Below are positions 9,417 through 20,605 of a stretch of DNA of 64,000 nt, piece after piece. Origin of the DNA: Oscillospiraceae bacterium (GTDB lineage Bacteria > Bacillota > Clostridia > Oscillospirales > Oscillospiraceae); contig JABLYK010000004.1 of assembly GCA_018265835.1 (NCBI GenBank), forward strand, positions 9,015 through 73,014. The letters run 5' to 3'. The position numbers were made by a program, and so were the translations under genes. The first letter of the stretch is position 1. Each line of letters starts with the position of its first letter. Below the pieces are notes generated by a model. It saw nothing but the letters and a program-made list of their open reading frames with translations, did not search any database and was not told where the DNA came from.

Positions 9417-9445
9417 ATTATATGCGCTTTTTTCCTGTTTGTCAA
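9417..9445 (-). promoter_or_regulatory. Sigma-A-type promoter of the valS T-box leader
   Basis: Minus strand reads TTGACA (9445-9440), 17 nt, TATAAT (9422-9417). The -35 overlaps the trxA stop codon. Confidence 0.65.
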
Positions 9446-9759
9446 GACGGTTCCTGTCCAGCGAGCGCGGCAAGCCCTTCGGAGGACTGCACGCCCGTGC
9501 GCCGCGCCGTCTCCTTCCCCTCGCGGAAGGCCACCAGCGTCGGTACGCTCATGATGCCGAGCCGCTGTGCGATGCTCGGCGCCTGATCCACATCCAGTTT
9601 TGCGACCTTGACGCGCCCCTCGTACCGCTCGGCGAACGCCTCCAGCACCGGCGCCTGTGCGCGGCACGGGCCGCACCATGTGGCGTAAAAATCCACCAGT
9701 ACATTTGGACTGTTGATGGCGGTGTCAAAGCTTTTTTCGGTCAGTTCGATCACGGACAT
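9442..9759 (-). CDS. trxA: Thioredoxin
   Basis: 105 aa with the WCGPC active site. Confidence 0.92.
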   Translation of the reverse strand: MSVIELTEKSFDTAINSPNVLVDFYATWCGPCRAQAPVLEAFAERYEGRVKVAKLDVDQAPSIAQRLGIMSVPTLVAFREGKETARRTGVQSSEGLAALAGQEPS

Positions 9760-9785
9760 TGTAATTGCCCCTTTCGGAAAGTATT

Positions 9786-10586
9786 TTATCGTAAATACTT
9801 TACCGCAGAAAGCGCCGCTTTATTCCCCTCGCCGACCGCAGCCGGAAGCTGATATGGCGCGCCGGTGCAGTCGCCGGCTGCAAAAACGCCCGGTATGTTC
9901 GTCGCCTGTGTAGCGTCCACAACGACGTGGCCGCCGTCTGTCGCAAGGCCCGGCAGGAGCGCTTCCGCCGCAACACCGCTGCGCAGAACAAACACCGCGT
10001 CCACCGGAATCTCCTCGCCGTCCACAACGAGCGTATCCGCCTTCTGCTCACCGCGAATTGCAAATTTTCGCTTTTTCCCCTCAAAATACCGCACGTCACA
10101 GCCGATGCCGCGCAGAAATTCCGCTTCCTCCGGTGCATCGGCGCTCAAGCCGATCACCGCCGTGCACTTGCCGCGATAGAGCATACCGTCGCACGTGGCG
10201 CAGTAGCTCACGCCGCGGCCAAGAAATTCCTTCTCGCCGGGAAATACGTCCTTCTGCGCGATCCCGGTGGCGAGGATGAGCGCACGGCACTCCTCAAATT
10301 CCGAGCCTGCCGCAACGCCGATCGTTTCTCCCATCGGCATGGCGCTCTGCACCCTCGCATGGAGGAAGACAACGCCCATATCCTTTGCCTGCTGCGTCAT
10401 CTGCTCCAGCAGTTCTTTTCCGGGAATATCCGGCGTACCGGGATAATTCGTTACCCGGCCAGCCTTCCAAAGGCCGCTGTCGGCCATGCTGCCGGTAATG
10501 ACAAGGACGCTTTTGTTGCGGTTGCGCGCAGTCAGTGCAGCGGACAGTCCCGCCGGGCCGCCGCCGATGATAATCAGATCCTGCAT
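9786..10586 (-). CDS. Thioredoxin-reductase-like flavoprotein lacking NADPH-binding motifs
   Basis: GGGPAG FAD motif and CATC redox centre. Start trimmed to MQDLIIIGGGPAG (ATG 10586). The second dinucleotide motif reads VIGLSADA rather than GGGxxA, and there is no HRR motif. Confidence 0.8.
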   Translation of the reverse strand: MQDLIIIGGGPAGLSAALTARNRNKSVLVITGSMADSGLWKAGRVTNYPGTPDIPGKELLEQMTQQAKDMGVVFLHARVQSAMPMGETIGVAAGSEFEECRALILATGIAQKDVFPGEKEFLGRGVSYCATCDGMLYRGKCTAVIGLSADAPEEAEFLRGIGCDVRYFEGKKRKFAIRGEQKADTLVVDGEEIPVDAVFVLRSGVAAEALLPGLATDGGHVVVDATQATNIPGVFAAGDCTGAPYQLPAAVGEGNKAALSAVKYLR

Positions 10587-10686
10587 GGTATTCACCTCAT
10601 GCTTGATTATATCTTTTTCATTTGATATTGTAAACAGAAATCGAATCGTGTATAATATTTTTGCAATTTTGAGTGGAGTTGAAAAC

Positions 10687-12351
<1,665 letters not shown>

Positions 12352-12368
12352 AATCCTATATTTTGCGG

Positions 12369-12407
12369 ATTGCCCTTTCTTCTTTTGGGAGAAAGGGCAA
12401 TATTTTG
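12369..12407 (+). terminator. glnS terminator
   Basis: Arms ATTGCCCTTTCT / AGAAAGGGCAAT followed by ATTTTGTG. Confidence 0.7.
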
Positions 12408-12418
12408 TGAACTTTTTG

Positions 12419-12448
12419 TTGACGTGTGCCGCTGCGAAGTGCTATACT
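12419..12448 (+). promoter_or_regulatory. Promoter of pyrR-pyrP
   Basis: TTGACG, 18 nt, extended -10 TGcTATACT. Confidence 0.55.
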
Positions 12449-12457
12449 GCTCCGAGT

Positions 12458-12572
12458 GATGTTTTTAAGCTGGTACAGAGCTGCCGGCAAGGTGTCATGG
12501 GATATGTAGCTTCGCAGGGGAGGTTCTCCCCTGCTCCGACGCCTTGTCTGCACGCAGACAGGGTGTTTTTTT
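12458..12572 (+). promoter_or_regulatory. PyrR-binding attenuator leader
   Basis: TTTTTAAGCTGGTACAGAGCTGCCGGCAAGG resembles the PyrR binding loop (UUUAA..CAGUCCAGAGAGGCU). It is followed by the terminator CCTTGTCTGC-AC-GCAGACAGGG plus T7, which directly abuts the pyrR ATG. Confidence 0.6.
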
Positions 12573-13163
12573 ATGGAGCTGAAATTCAAAGCGAAGATCA
12601 TGGACGAGGCCGCCATTGACCGCACGCTGATTCGCATTGCGCACCAGATTCTTGAGAAGAACGAGGGCACAGAGCGTCTCTGTCTGCTCGGCATCCGCAC
12701 ACGCGGCGTGCCGCTGGCGCAGCGGCTGGCTGCGAACATCCGCCGGATCGACGGCGTGGACGTTCCCGTCGGTGAGCTGGACATTACGCTCTACCGCGAC
12801 GATCTGTCTCCGGTCTCCGGCGATCCGGTCGTGAGCAAAACGGATATCCCCTTTTCCGTGCAGGACAAAACGGTCGTGCTGGTGGATGATGTGATCTACA
12901 CCTGCCGTACCGCGCGCGCCGCGCTCGACGCCGTCATGGCGCTTGGCCGGCCGGAGCGCGTGCAGCTCTTTGCCCTGATTGACCGGGGCCACTCGGAGCT
13001 GCCCATCAAGGCAACTTATGTCGGCAAGAACATCCCGACCGCGAAAAGTGAGGTCGTTTCCGTCCGTCTTTCGGAAACGGACGGCGAAAACAGCGTTTGT
13101 ATCCTGGATCGGATCGAACATAGAGAGCAGATTCAAGTTTCACAGGGAGGAAAAAATCTATGA
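12573..13163 (+). CDS. pyrR: Bifunctional pyr operon regulator / uracil phosphoribosyltransferase PyrR
   Basis: PRTase motif [13 protein letters not shown]. Strong overall PyrR likeness. Confidence 0.95.
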   Translation: MELKFKAKIMDEAAIDRTLIRIAHQILEKNEGTERLCLLGIRTRGVPLAQRLAANIRRIDGVDVPVGELDITLYRDDLSPVSGDPVVSKTDIPFSVQDKTVVLVDDVIYTCRTARAALDAVMALGRPERVQLFALIDRGHSELPIKATYVGKNIPTAKSEVVSVRLSETDGENSVCILDRIEHREQIQVSQGGKNL

Positions 13164-14521
13164 GTGCAAAAAAAATCGGCTTTGAGCCCGTGTATGATGC
13201 ACGGACACTGGGCACCCCAAGAATGCTGGTCCTCGGCCTGCAGCACATGTTCGCCATGTTCGGCGCAACTGTCCTGGTTCCGGCGCTGACGGGTCTGGAC
13301 GTCGCCACCACGCTGCTGTTCGCAGGTCTCGGTACGCTGCTGTTCCATCTGCTTGCCAAGGGAAAGGTCCCGGCCTTCCTCGGCAGCTCGTTCGCTTTCA
13401 TCGGCGGCTACAACGCTGTACGCACCATTGGCGCCGCAGCTGACGGCACCCCGATCTACGACAATGCGCTGCTGGCTTACGCCTGCTTCGGCGTGGCCGT
13501 GGCGGGTCTGATGTATGTCATCCTCGCCGCCCTGTTCAAGGCTTTCGGTGTAAAGAAAGTCATGCGCTTCTTCCCGCCGATCGTCACCGGCCCGATCATC
13601 ATCGCCATCGGCCTGACGCTCTCCTCTTCCGCAATCAACAACTGCAAGGGCAACTGGCTCATCGCCATCGTCGCCATTCTCATTGTTATTGGCTTTAACA
13701 TGTGGGGCAAGGGCATGACGAAGATCATCCCGATCCTGCTCGGTGTGCTCGGATCCTATATCCTTGCCGTCATCATTGACCCGGCGGAGCGCGCGGCTGT
13801 TGCCACCGCCGTGGGACAGGCCAAGTGGTTCGGTCTGCCGATCGTCTGGAAAAACAGTGTCTTCTCTCTGTTCTCCGGCGGGGTGGACACCGGCTTGCTC
13901 CTGTCCGCCTGCTTTACCATCGTGCCGCTGTCTCTGGCGACCATGGTGGAGCACATCGGCGATATCTGCGCCATCTCCTCCACCTGCGGCAAAAACTATA
14001 TGGTCGATCCCGGCTTCCACAGAACGCTGCTGGGCGACGGTCTTGCCACCACGCTGGCGTCCCTGTTCGGCGCGCCGGCCAACACCACCTACGGCGAGAA
14101 CACCGGCGTGCTGGCGCTCTCCCGCGTCTATGACCCCCGCGTGATCCGCATCGCGGCCTGCATTGCCATTATCGTCTCCTTCTGCCCGAAGTTCGCGGCG
14201 CTCGTCTCCGCAATGCCCACCGCCACCATCGGCGGCGTGTCTCTCGTGCTGTACGGCATGATCTCCGCCGTCGGCGTGCGCAACGTCGTGGAAAATCAGG
14301 TGGACTTTACCAACACCCGCAACGTCATCATCGCCGCGCTCATTCTCGTACTGGCGATCGGCATCAGCTATTCCGGCAGCATCCAGATCGGTGTGGTCTC
14401 CCTGTCCGGCCTCGCCGTTGCCTCCATCGTCGGCATTCTCCTCAACGCCATTCTTCCCGGCAAGGACTACGAGTTCAAGCAGGAAGAGAAAGGTGCAACC
14501 TCTGTGGACTTCAAAGTCTGA
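13160..14521 (+). CDS. pyrP: Uracil permease (NCS2 family)
   Basis: 453-aa polytopic NCS2 protein ([17 protein letters not shown]). Its ATG overlaps the pyrR stop as ATGA. Confidence 0.88.
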   Translation: MSAKKIGFEPVYDARTLGTPRMLVLGLQHMFAMFGATVLVPALTGLDVATTLLFAGLGTLLFHLLAKGKVPAFLGSSFAFIGGYNAVRTIGAAADGTPIYDNALLAYACFGVAVAGLMYVILAALFKAFGVKKVMRFFPPIVTGPIIIAIGLTLSSSAINNCKGNWLIAIVAILIVIGFNMWGKGMTKIIPILLGVLGSYILAVIIDPAERAAVATAVGQAKWFGLPIVWKNSVFSLFSGGVDTGLLLSACFTIVPLSLATMVEHIGDICAISSTCGKNYMVDPGFHRTLLGDGLATTLASLFGAPANTTYGENTGVLALSRVYDPRVIRIAACIAIIVSFCPKFAALVSAMPTATIGGVSLVLYGMISAVGVRNVVENQVDFTNTRNVIIAALILVLAIGISYSGSIQIGVVSLSGLAVASIVGILLNAILPGKDYEFKQEEKGATSVDFKV

Positions 14522-14544
14522 ATTCAAATTTTGTAATACAAAGT

Positions 14545-14578
14545 ATCGGAAGGCAGAATTCTGCCTTCCGATTTTTTC
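14545..14578 (+). terminator. pyrP terminator
   Basis: Arms ATCGGAAGGCAG / CTGCCTTCCGAT followed by TTTTTT. Confidence 0.8.
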
Positions 14579-14580
14579 TG

Positions 14581-14609
14581 TTGAGATTTCGCCGACATTG
14601 CAGTAAAAT
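14581..14609 (+). promoter_or_regulatory. Promoter of the aminotransferase gene
   Basis: TTGAGA, 17 nt, TAAAAT. Confidence 0.5.
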
Positions 14610-14671
14610 ATGGATCAATTCATATAGGAAATACAACGCAGAAGAGAAAGACAGAAAAATGGAGGTTCACC

Positions 14672-15868
14672 ATGAAGTTTTCCAGCAAAATCGAGCGCTG
14701 TGGCCTGTCCCCGATGCGCAAGTTTGCGCCTTACGCCGTTGAGGCGGAGAAGGCTGGCAAAAAGATTTACCACCTGAACATCGGCCAGCCCGATATTGAA
14801 ACGCCGCCCGCGTATTTTGAAGCGGTACGCGAATTCAGTCAGAAGGTTCTGGCCTATGCGCCGTCCGCCGGCGTGCCGGAACTGATCGACGCTATCCGCA
14901 GCTATTATGCCAAGATCGGCGCGGAACTGAGCGAGAAGAACGTTCTGATCTCCACCGGCGGCAGCGAAGCCCTGCAAATGGTGCTCAGCTGCATCCTTGA
15001 CGAGGGCGACGAGATCATCATTCCGGAGCCGTTTTATCCGAACTACTCCACCTTCGTAAACCTGACCGGTGCATCCATCCATCCGCTGACCACAAAGCCG
15101 GAGGAGGGCTACAAATTTGCCATTCGTGAGCGTGTCGAGGCCTGCATCAACGAGCACACCCGTGCCATCATGTTCACGAACCCCGGCAACCCGACCGGCG
15201 CCATCCTCACCGCCGAGGAGATGCAGCTCATGGCAGATATCGCCAAGGAGCACGACCTCTTCCTCATCGGCGACGAGGTGTACCGTGAATTCGTCTACGG
15301 CGGCGAGCCGCTCATGAGCCTGCTGCAGCTGAAGGGCTATGAGGAAAATGTCGTCGTCATTGACTCCGTATCCAAGCGCTTTTCCGCGTGCGGCGCGCGC
15401 ATTGGCTGCCTGCTGACGCGCAATGAGGCGCTGTACGATCAGGCGATGAAATATTGCCAGGGCCGCCTGTGCGCTTCGACCATTGACCAGGTCGCATCCG
15501 CCGCGCTGTATTCCGTCGGCCCCGAATACTTTGCTGCCGTCCGCGATGAATACAAAGCGCGCCGCGACGCGCTGGTCGCCAAGCTCAAGGAGATTCCGGG
15601 TGTGATCTATTCCGAGCCGAAGGGCGCGTTCTATGTCATGGCCGCCCTGCCAGTCGATGACGCGGACAAGTTCCAGAAATGGCTGCTGACCGAGTTCGAC
15701 GACAATGGCGACACGGTCATGTTCGCCCCTGGCGAGCCGTTCTACGGAACACCGCACACCGGTGTGAACGAGATCCGCATGGCATACGTACTTAAGAAGG
15801 AAGATCTGGAACGCGCCATGGATCTGCTTGCGATCGGCATTCAGAAATACAACGAGCAGAACCGGTAA
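14672..15868 (+). CDS. PLP-dependent class I aminotransferase (aspartate aminotransferase-like)
   Basis: 398 aa, NPGNPTG and SVSKRFSACGARIG (PLP lysine) motifs. Confidence 0.9.
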   Translation: MKFSSKIERCGLSPMRKFAPYAVEAEKAGKKIYHLNIGQPDIETPPAYFEAVREFSQKVLAYAPSAGVPELIDAIRSYYAKIGAELSEKNVLISTGGSEALQMVLSCILDEGDEIIIPEPFYPNYSTFVNLTGASIHPLTTKPEEGYKFAIRERVEACINEHTRAIMFTNPGNPTGAILTAEEMQLMADIAKEHDLFLIGDEVYREFVYGGEPLMSLLQLKGYEENVVVIDSVSKRFSACGARIGCLLTRNEALYDQAMKYCQGRLCASTIDQVASAALYSVGPEYFAAVRDEYKARRDALVAKLKEIPGVIYSEPKGAFYVMAALPVDDADKFQKWLLTEFDDNGDTVMFAPGEPFYGTPHTGVNEIRMAYVLKKEDLERAMDLLAIGIQKYNEQNR

Positions 15869-15879
15869 CTTTTATATTG

Positions 15880-15914
15880 AAAAATGTCCGAAGGCATTGC
15901 CTTCGGACATTTTT
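15880..15914. terminator. Bidirectional terminator between the aminotransferase and DMT genes
   Basis: AAAAATGTCCGAAGGC-ATTG-CCTTCGGACATTTTT. Confidence 0.8.
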
Positions 15915-16803
15915 ATGCTTTTGGTTCGGGTGTTTTCTGTTTCAGATTCAACAACACAACGGCAAAGAGCACACAGAGCACGCCCGCGGCGCTCATGAGC
16001 GTCATGGACTCGTGGAACACAAAGATACCGACCAAGGTAGCAACCACTGGCTCAACCGAAGCAAGGATGGATGCCTTCCCGGTTTCCAGCCCCGTAAGCC
16101 CGTACGTATAGAGCAAGTACGGCAGGTAGCAGGTAATCAAACCCGCAGCCGCACACAGGCCGAAGTTGCCCCAGGAGGAAAACATCGCCCCGACCGGCCC
16201 GGACACACCCCAGATCAGCCCTGCGCCGATGGATGCAAGCAGACAGGAATAGAAATTGACCGTATTGCTGGTGTACCCGCGGTCAAGCGCAAAGCGTGCA
16301 AAAATGCTGTAGAGTGCATACCCCACGCCGGAGCCAAGCCCGTAAAGCAGCCCTGTCGCCGTAAGCGCTTTCTCACCGCTTCCGATGCCGGACACCAGAC
16401 AGCAGCCCGCGAAGGCCAGTATGAGCGCAAGGAGCTTCCGCACCGTGATTTTTTCCTTGAATAAAAACAGGGACAAAACCATCACGATAGACGGCGCAGT
16501 GTACAGCAAAATCGCCGCCGTGGACAGGCTCATCAACGTGATTGCCTGAAAATAGCAGTACGTAAAAAACAGCAGGCTGCACACGCCGCTGCCGAAAAAG
16601 CACCAAAAATCCTTCGGCTTTACGCGAAACTGGCGCGGGTCGGTCAGAAGGATCGTCACCGCGAAAAGCATTGCCGCGATTGCACAGCGCAGCAGAATTG
16701 CCCCAGTGGAGTCAACGCCGATTCCCGCCAACGTGCGGGTGAAAAAGCCCATAAAGCCCCAGAGACATCCCGCTGTCAAAACGGAAATCACATGTTTCTT
16801 CAT
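15913..16803 (-). CDS. DMT-superfamily (EamA-like) transporter
   Basis: 296 aa, about 10 TM helices, two EamA-type halves. Confidence 0.85.
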   Translation of the reverse strand: MKKHVISVLTAGCLWGFMGFFTRTLAGIGVDSTGAILLRCAIAAMLFAVTILLTDPRQFRVKPKDFWCFFGSGVCSLLFFTYCYFQAITLMSLSTAAILLYTAPSIVMVLSLFLFKEKITVRKLLALILAFAGCCLVSGIGSGEKALTATGLLYGLGSGVGYALYSIFARFALDRGYTSNTVNFYSCLLASIGAGLIWGVSGPVGAMFSSWGNFGLCAAAGLITCYLPYLLYTYGLTGLETGKASILASVEPVVATLVGIFVFHESMTLMSAAGVLCVLFAVVLLNLKQKTPEPKA

Positions 16804-16863
16804 ATTGCCCCCTGCGCCTCCCTTGCAAACTACAGAAAAGCATTTTATATTTTTTGAGGACGC

Positions 16864-16892
16864 TTGTCAATGCGCAAAAGTTATGATAAAAT
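16864..16892 (+). promoter_or_regulatory. Promoter of tRNA-Leu
   Basis: TTGTCA, 17 nt, TAAAAT, ending 11 nt before the tRNA 5' end. Confidence 0.6.
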
Positions 16893-16903
16893 AATTCATC
16901 CCT

Positions 16904-16988
16904 GCGGGTATGATGGAATTGGTAGACATGCGAGATTTAGGTTCTCGTGCAGCAATGCGTTGGGGTTCGAGCCCCCATGCCCGCACCA
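16904..16988 (+). tRNA. tRNA-Leu (anticodon UAG), CCA encoded
   Basis: Hand-folded. Acceptor GCGGGTA/..CCCGC, anticodon arm CGAGA-TTTAGGT-TCTCG, long variable arm, T-arm GGGGTTCGAGCCCCC. Confidence 0.95.
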
Positions 16989-16989
16989 C

Positions 16990-17028
16990 GTCGGAGCAAG
17001 CTACATATCGCTTGCTCCGACTTATTTT
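16990..17028 (+). terminator. tRNA-Leu terminator
   Basis: 12-bp arms GTCGGAGCAAGC / GCTTGCTCCGAC followed by TTATTTT. Confidence 0.8.
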
Positions 17029-17198
17029 ATAAGTCAGAGCGCGCTCATTCCGCTGCTCCTCCTTTCCAAATCGAACCCGCTTCGCTGGGCTTCGATTTGG
17101 TTTTGTGTGCGTATCGGCACTGATATCTATAAGGAGTTCACCCCGATAAACGAGGATACTGTAAAGAAGATATGATACACAACCAGATGCAGGCAGCA

Positions 17199-18137
17199 TT
17201 ATCCCTCCCGCCAAAAGTCAATGTCTAACGCGAAAGTGGGAATGCCATATACATCGCTCAATTGCTGGCGATGTACAGGCATTGCCGAACCCACCCAGCG
17301 GTCAAAGCTGTACATACCTGTTAGGAATGCGCAGCAATCATTTTCTTGGATTTCCCGGGCAATGTTCACACTTTCTGTTTCAGCGCCGCGTCTTACATTC
17401 ATGCCAAGAAGCCAGTCGGCAACCATTGCTTCCAGCGAAAAAGAGATCCGCCTGCTGTCATGGAGAAACACAGCGCTACCCATCAGGTCAATGCCATTTG
17501 TGCGAAATAAATGATCGATTTCCGGCTGCAAAAACGGGGTGTAAAAGCAGTAAATTCGTTGATTGCCTCCCCTTTCGGGGGCACATTCCAGCTCTTTCGT
17601 TAAAATATCCAGTGCATCCAACACGCGCTCCCACCCGTCAAACACCGTAAGCTGCACAGTCTGAGCAAGCGCAAAGCTATTCCCTTTCAGCGGCTTCCTG
17701 TCTGTTCTGCGGTTGAGTCTGAGCAGAGCGCTCTGCAGCTTTACGAGCTGGGAATATTGCTTTTTGGCATCTTGCCCTTTGTCCGGACTTAATTCGATAT
17801 CCATCGCTTTACAGCAATCAAATACAAATTCCTCCGTACGTTTGCAGATCATCTGTCTGCCGATTTGTTTCGGATAGCTGACGCTGAAAACCTTGACTGC
17901 ATCCGAACATGACTCCCCACATTTCAAGCACTCATCGCAGAGCACGCCCAATTGCATCAGATAGTCTAATTCATCAACGAGCCTCAGCCGCATCCTGTTC
18001 AGCCCACAGAAGCGCTTTGAGGCATTGAATTCATCAATCGGTCTGTCATACAAAAAGAAGCTTCTGAGCACAATTTGCGCGATCAGGGCATCTGTGGAAA
18101 AGCGCAGCTTTTCTTTGCCTGCCGACTGAAACGCCAT
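17199..18137 (-). CDS. 2-hydroxyacyl-CoA dehydratase (HgdB/BcrC/BadD-like) family protein, possibly 5'-truncated
   Basis: The C-terminal two thirds resemble the HGD-D family (YCFYTPFLQPEIDHLF, MYSFDRW, DIDFW). There is no SD sequence before ATG 18137. The frame stays open 44 codons upstream into the lysR 3' end with no start codon. No partner subunit or activator nearby. Confidence 0.5.
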   Translation of the reverse strand: MAFQSAGKEKLRFSTDALIAQIVLRSFFLYDRPIDEFNASKRFCGLNRMRLRLVDELDYLMQLGVLCDECLKCGESCSDAVKVFSVSYPKQIGRQMICKRTEEFVFDCCKAMDIELSPDKGQDAKKQYSQLVKLQSALLRLNRRTDRKPLKGNSFALAQTVQLTVFDGWERVLDALDILTKELECAPERGGNQRIYCFYTPFLQPEIDHLFRTNGIDLMGSAVFLHDSRRISFSLEAMVADWLLGMNVRRGAETESVNIAREIQENDCCAFLTGMYSFDRWVGSAMPVHRQQLSDVYGIPTFALDIDFWREG

Positions 18138-18232
18138 AATGAGAAACAGCGGCGACGGAACCGTAACTTCACAGCAAAGCCTCGTATCTTTTTTCGAAAA
18201 GATGCCGCAAAAATGCCTGACATACTCAGATA

Positions 18233-19123
18233 TCAGACTCCGAACGCCCTTAAAGGCAAGGTCATGATATTATCCTCTCTATAATAAAAACATAAGTCCG
18301 TAAAGCAGTCTTCATTCATGAAGGGAACCATTTTCAGATACTTTCGATCAATTCTCCGCTGTCCATTGACTGCAATGCTCACTCCGCCGCTCTGCGAAAT
18401 TTTCAAGCCCACCATATCCGGATGGCGGACATAGAGTTGTTTTTTGGGCTTGACCCCATGTATGGCAAGCAAACAATCAATTACATAGGCTCCGTCCAGC
18501 AGAATTTTATGCTCAAGATCCTCGGAATGCTCCGTTCCGTAATTCACAAATATCTCACCGTTCAGCTCTTCAATCTCTATGGCGTCCCGCATGGCCAGAG
18601 GATTGTCCGCTCGCATCATACATACCAGACGTTCCCGCACGAACTTCTTTTTTTGAACGCGTTTGACCTTAATTGAACTATCGTGCATCAACGCCAGATC
18701 ACAGGCGCCGTCATACATCGCGCAATATCCCTGTGTAACCGGATAAGTATCCGTTATGACCTCAATATTGGGGAATTCTGCCGTGAATTTCATCAAAATC
18801 GGTTCCAAATATTCTTCCAGCCAAAAATGAGGACAGCTTATTTTTAACGTTCCATATTGTTTGCCTGCGATGGGGCCGGCCTCCGTCTGTGCCTTTTGAT
18901 AAAGCGCCAGAATGTCGCGGAATCTTTCATACACCGCTTGACCCGCAGGCGTCAATGAAACGTTTTTCGTGTCTCTCCGCAAGAGTACAGTGCCCATTTC
19001 TTCCTCTATGATGGAAATATGGCGGCTGAGCGCAGGCTGTGTAATAAACAAAGATTCCGCGGCCTTCGTGAAGTTTAGAATCTCAGATAGAACAACATAT
19101 TCTTTGATATATTCGATTTTCAT
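18233..19123 (-). CDS. LysR-family transcriptional regulator
   Basis: N-terminal wHTH (FTKAAESLFITQPALSRHI) plus a substrate-binding domain. Start chosen at MKIEYIKEY (ATG 19123). AT-richer than its neighbours. Confidence 0.9.
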   Translation of the reverse strand: MKIEYIKEYVVLSEILNFTKAAESLFITQPALSRHISIIEEEMGTVLLRRDTKNVSLTPAGQAVYERFRDILALYQKAQTEAGPIAGKQYGTLKISCPHFWLEEYLEPILMKFTAEFPNIEVITDTYPVTQGYCAMYDGACDLALMHDSSIKVKRVQKKKFVRERLVCMMRADNPLAMRDAIEIEELNGEIFVNYGTEHSEDLEHKILLDGAYVIDCLLAIHGVKPKKQLYVRHPDMVGLKISQSGGVSIAVNGQRRIDRKYLKMVPFMNEDCFTDLCFYYREDNIMTLPLRAFGV

Positions 19124-19151
19124 GAATTCCCATCCTCTCGCCATACAACGC

Positions 19152-19169
19152 TTGATGAAAAACTATCAA
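19152..19169. promoter_or_regulatory. Inverted repeat TTGAT-N8-ATCAA in the lysR/sstT divergent region (candidate LTTR operator)
   Basis: Seen directly. Lies 28 bp upstream of the lysR ATG. Confidence 0.3.
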
Positions 19170-19239
19170 TCTTGCATTTATTATACACCCTTTTTCCCCA
19201 GTGTCAAAGAAAGTCGTAATGATTGCGAAATTTCCAAGG

Positions 19240-19268
19240 TTGACAAGCTGCAAAATGCTTGTTACACT
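19240..19268 (+). promoter_or_regulatory. Promoter of sstT
   Basis: TTGACA, 17 nt, TACACT. Confidence 0.6.
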
Positions 19269-19317
19269 GATTTTTGCGCGCAATTTCCTGCGCAGCTGGA
19301 CGAAAGAAAATGAGAGG

Positions 19318-20550
19318 ATGAGTTTTTTGAAAAAAATCGTCAGTCAATACAACAATACCAGTCTGGTTCTGCGTATTGTAATCGGTCTGGCCGTCGGCCT
19401 GATTCTGGCACTGCTGGTGCCGCAGGCGACGTGGATTTCCATCTTTGGCACGCTGTTCGTCGGCGCGCTGAAAGCAATCGCGCCGGTTCTGGTATTTGTG
19501 CTGGTCGCCAGCTCTCTGGCGCAGTCCAGAGCGCGTCTGGGCAGCCAGTTCACGACCATTATCGCGCTGTATCTGATCTCCACGTTTCTGGCCGCTGTGG
19601 TGGCCGTTCTGGCAAGCGCGATCTTCCCGGTTACGCTCGATCAGCTTGCCTCGGCAGCAGACAGCACCGCGCCGAGCAGCATCGGAGAGATCTTTCAGAC
19701 CCTGCTGTCCAACATTGTAGCGAATCCGGTGCACGCACTTGCAAACGGCAATTATCTCGGCATTCTGTTCTGGGCCATCATTCTCGGTATCGCGCTGCGC
19801 AACGCGGCAGATACGACAAAAACGCTCCTTTCCAATGCCTCGGAGGCTGTGTCCACGGCCGTGCGCTGGATCATCAATCTGGCGCCGTTCGGCATCCTGG
19901 GTCTGGTGTTTGACGCTGTGTCCACCAGCGGTCTGAGCATCTTCACCAACTACGGCAAGCTCCTGCTGGTTCTGGTCGGCTGCATGCTTGTCTCCGCGCT
20001 GATTATTAACCCCATCATTGCATTCATCGCCATTCGCAAAAATCCATACCCGTTGGTCTTCAAATGCCTGAAAGAGAGCGGCATCACCGCGTTCTTCACC
20101 CGCAGCTCCGCCGCGAACATTCCCGTGAACATGGCGCTGTGCGAGCGTCTTGGGCTGAACAAGGAGCTTTACTCTGTGTCCATCCCGCTCGGCGCAACCA
20201 TTAATATGGGCGGCGCTGCCGTGACGATCACCGTTATGTCGCTGGCCGCAGTGCATACCGTGGGCACCCCGGTATCCATCCCGACCGCCATTCTGCTCAG
20301 CGTTATGGCTGCGCTTGGCGCGTGCGGCGCCTCCGGCGTGGCCGGCGGCTCGCTGCTGCTGATTCCCATGGCCTGCTCGCTGTTCGGCCTGTCCAATGAC
20401 ATTGCTATGCAGGTGGTCGGCGTCGGGTTTATCATCGGCGTCATTCAGGATTCCGTCGAAACCGCGCTCAACTCTTCGTCCGACGCACTGTTTACTGCGG
20501 TCGCAGAATTCGCCCAGTGGCGAAAAGCGGGCAAGGAAATCAAATTTTGA
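19318..20550 (+). CDS. sstT: Serine/threonine:sodium symporter SstT (DAACS family)
   Basis: Start at [11 protein letters not shown] (ATG 19318, GAGAGG RBS). Typical SstT sequence throughout. Confidence 0.9.
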   Translation: MSFLKKIVSQYNNTSLVLRIVIGLAVGLILALLVPQATWISIFGTLFVGALKAIAPVLVFVLVASSLAQSRARLGSQFTTIIALYLISTFLAAVVAVLASAIFPVTLDQLASAADSTAPSSIGEIFQTLLSNIVANPVHALANGNYLGILFWAIILGIALRNAADTTKTLLSNASEAVSTAVRWIINLAPFGILGLVFDAVSTSGLSIFTNYGKLLLVLVGCMLVSALIINPIIAFIAIRKNPYPLVFKCLKESGITAFFTRSSAANIPVNMALCERLGLNKELYSVSIPLGATINMGGAAVTITVMSLAAVHTVGTPVSIPTAILLSVMAALGACGASGVAGGSLLLIPMACSLFGLSNDIAMQVVGVGFIIGVIQDSVETALNSSSDALFTAVAEFAQWRKAGKEIKF

Positions 20551-20560
20551 GCATCTGTAA

Positions 20561-20605
20561 AAAATACCGCGGAAACGATCCTGTTTCCGCGGTATTTCCT
20601 TTTTA
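20561..20605 (+). terminator. sstT terminator
   Basis: Arms ATACCGCGGAAAC / GTTTCCGCGGTAT followed by TTCCTTTTT. Confidence 0.8.

Noticed and set aside
17066-17100. Hairpin CCAAATCGAA...TTCGATTTGG containing TTCGA-like sequence downstream of tRNA-Leu, considered as a tRNA fragment or att site.
   Set aside because: It cannot be folded into a T-arm (no complementary 5-bp stem around a 7-nt TTCGAxx loop). It has no similarity to the tRNA-Leu 3' end.
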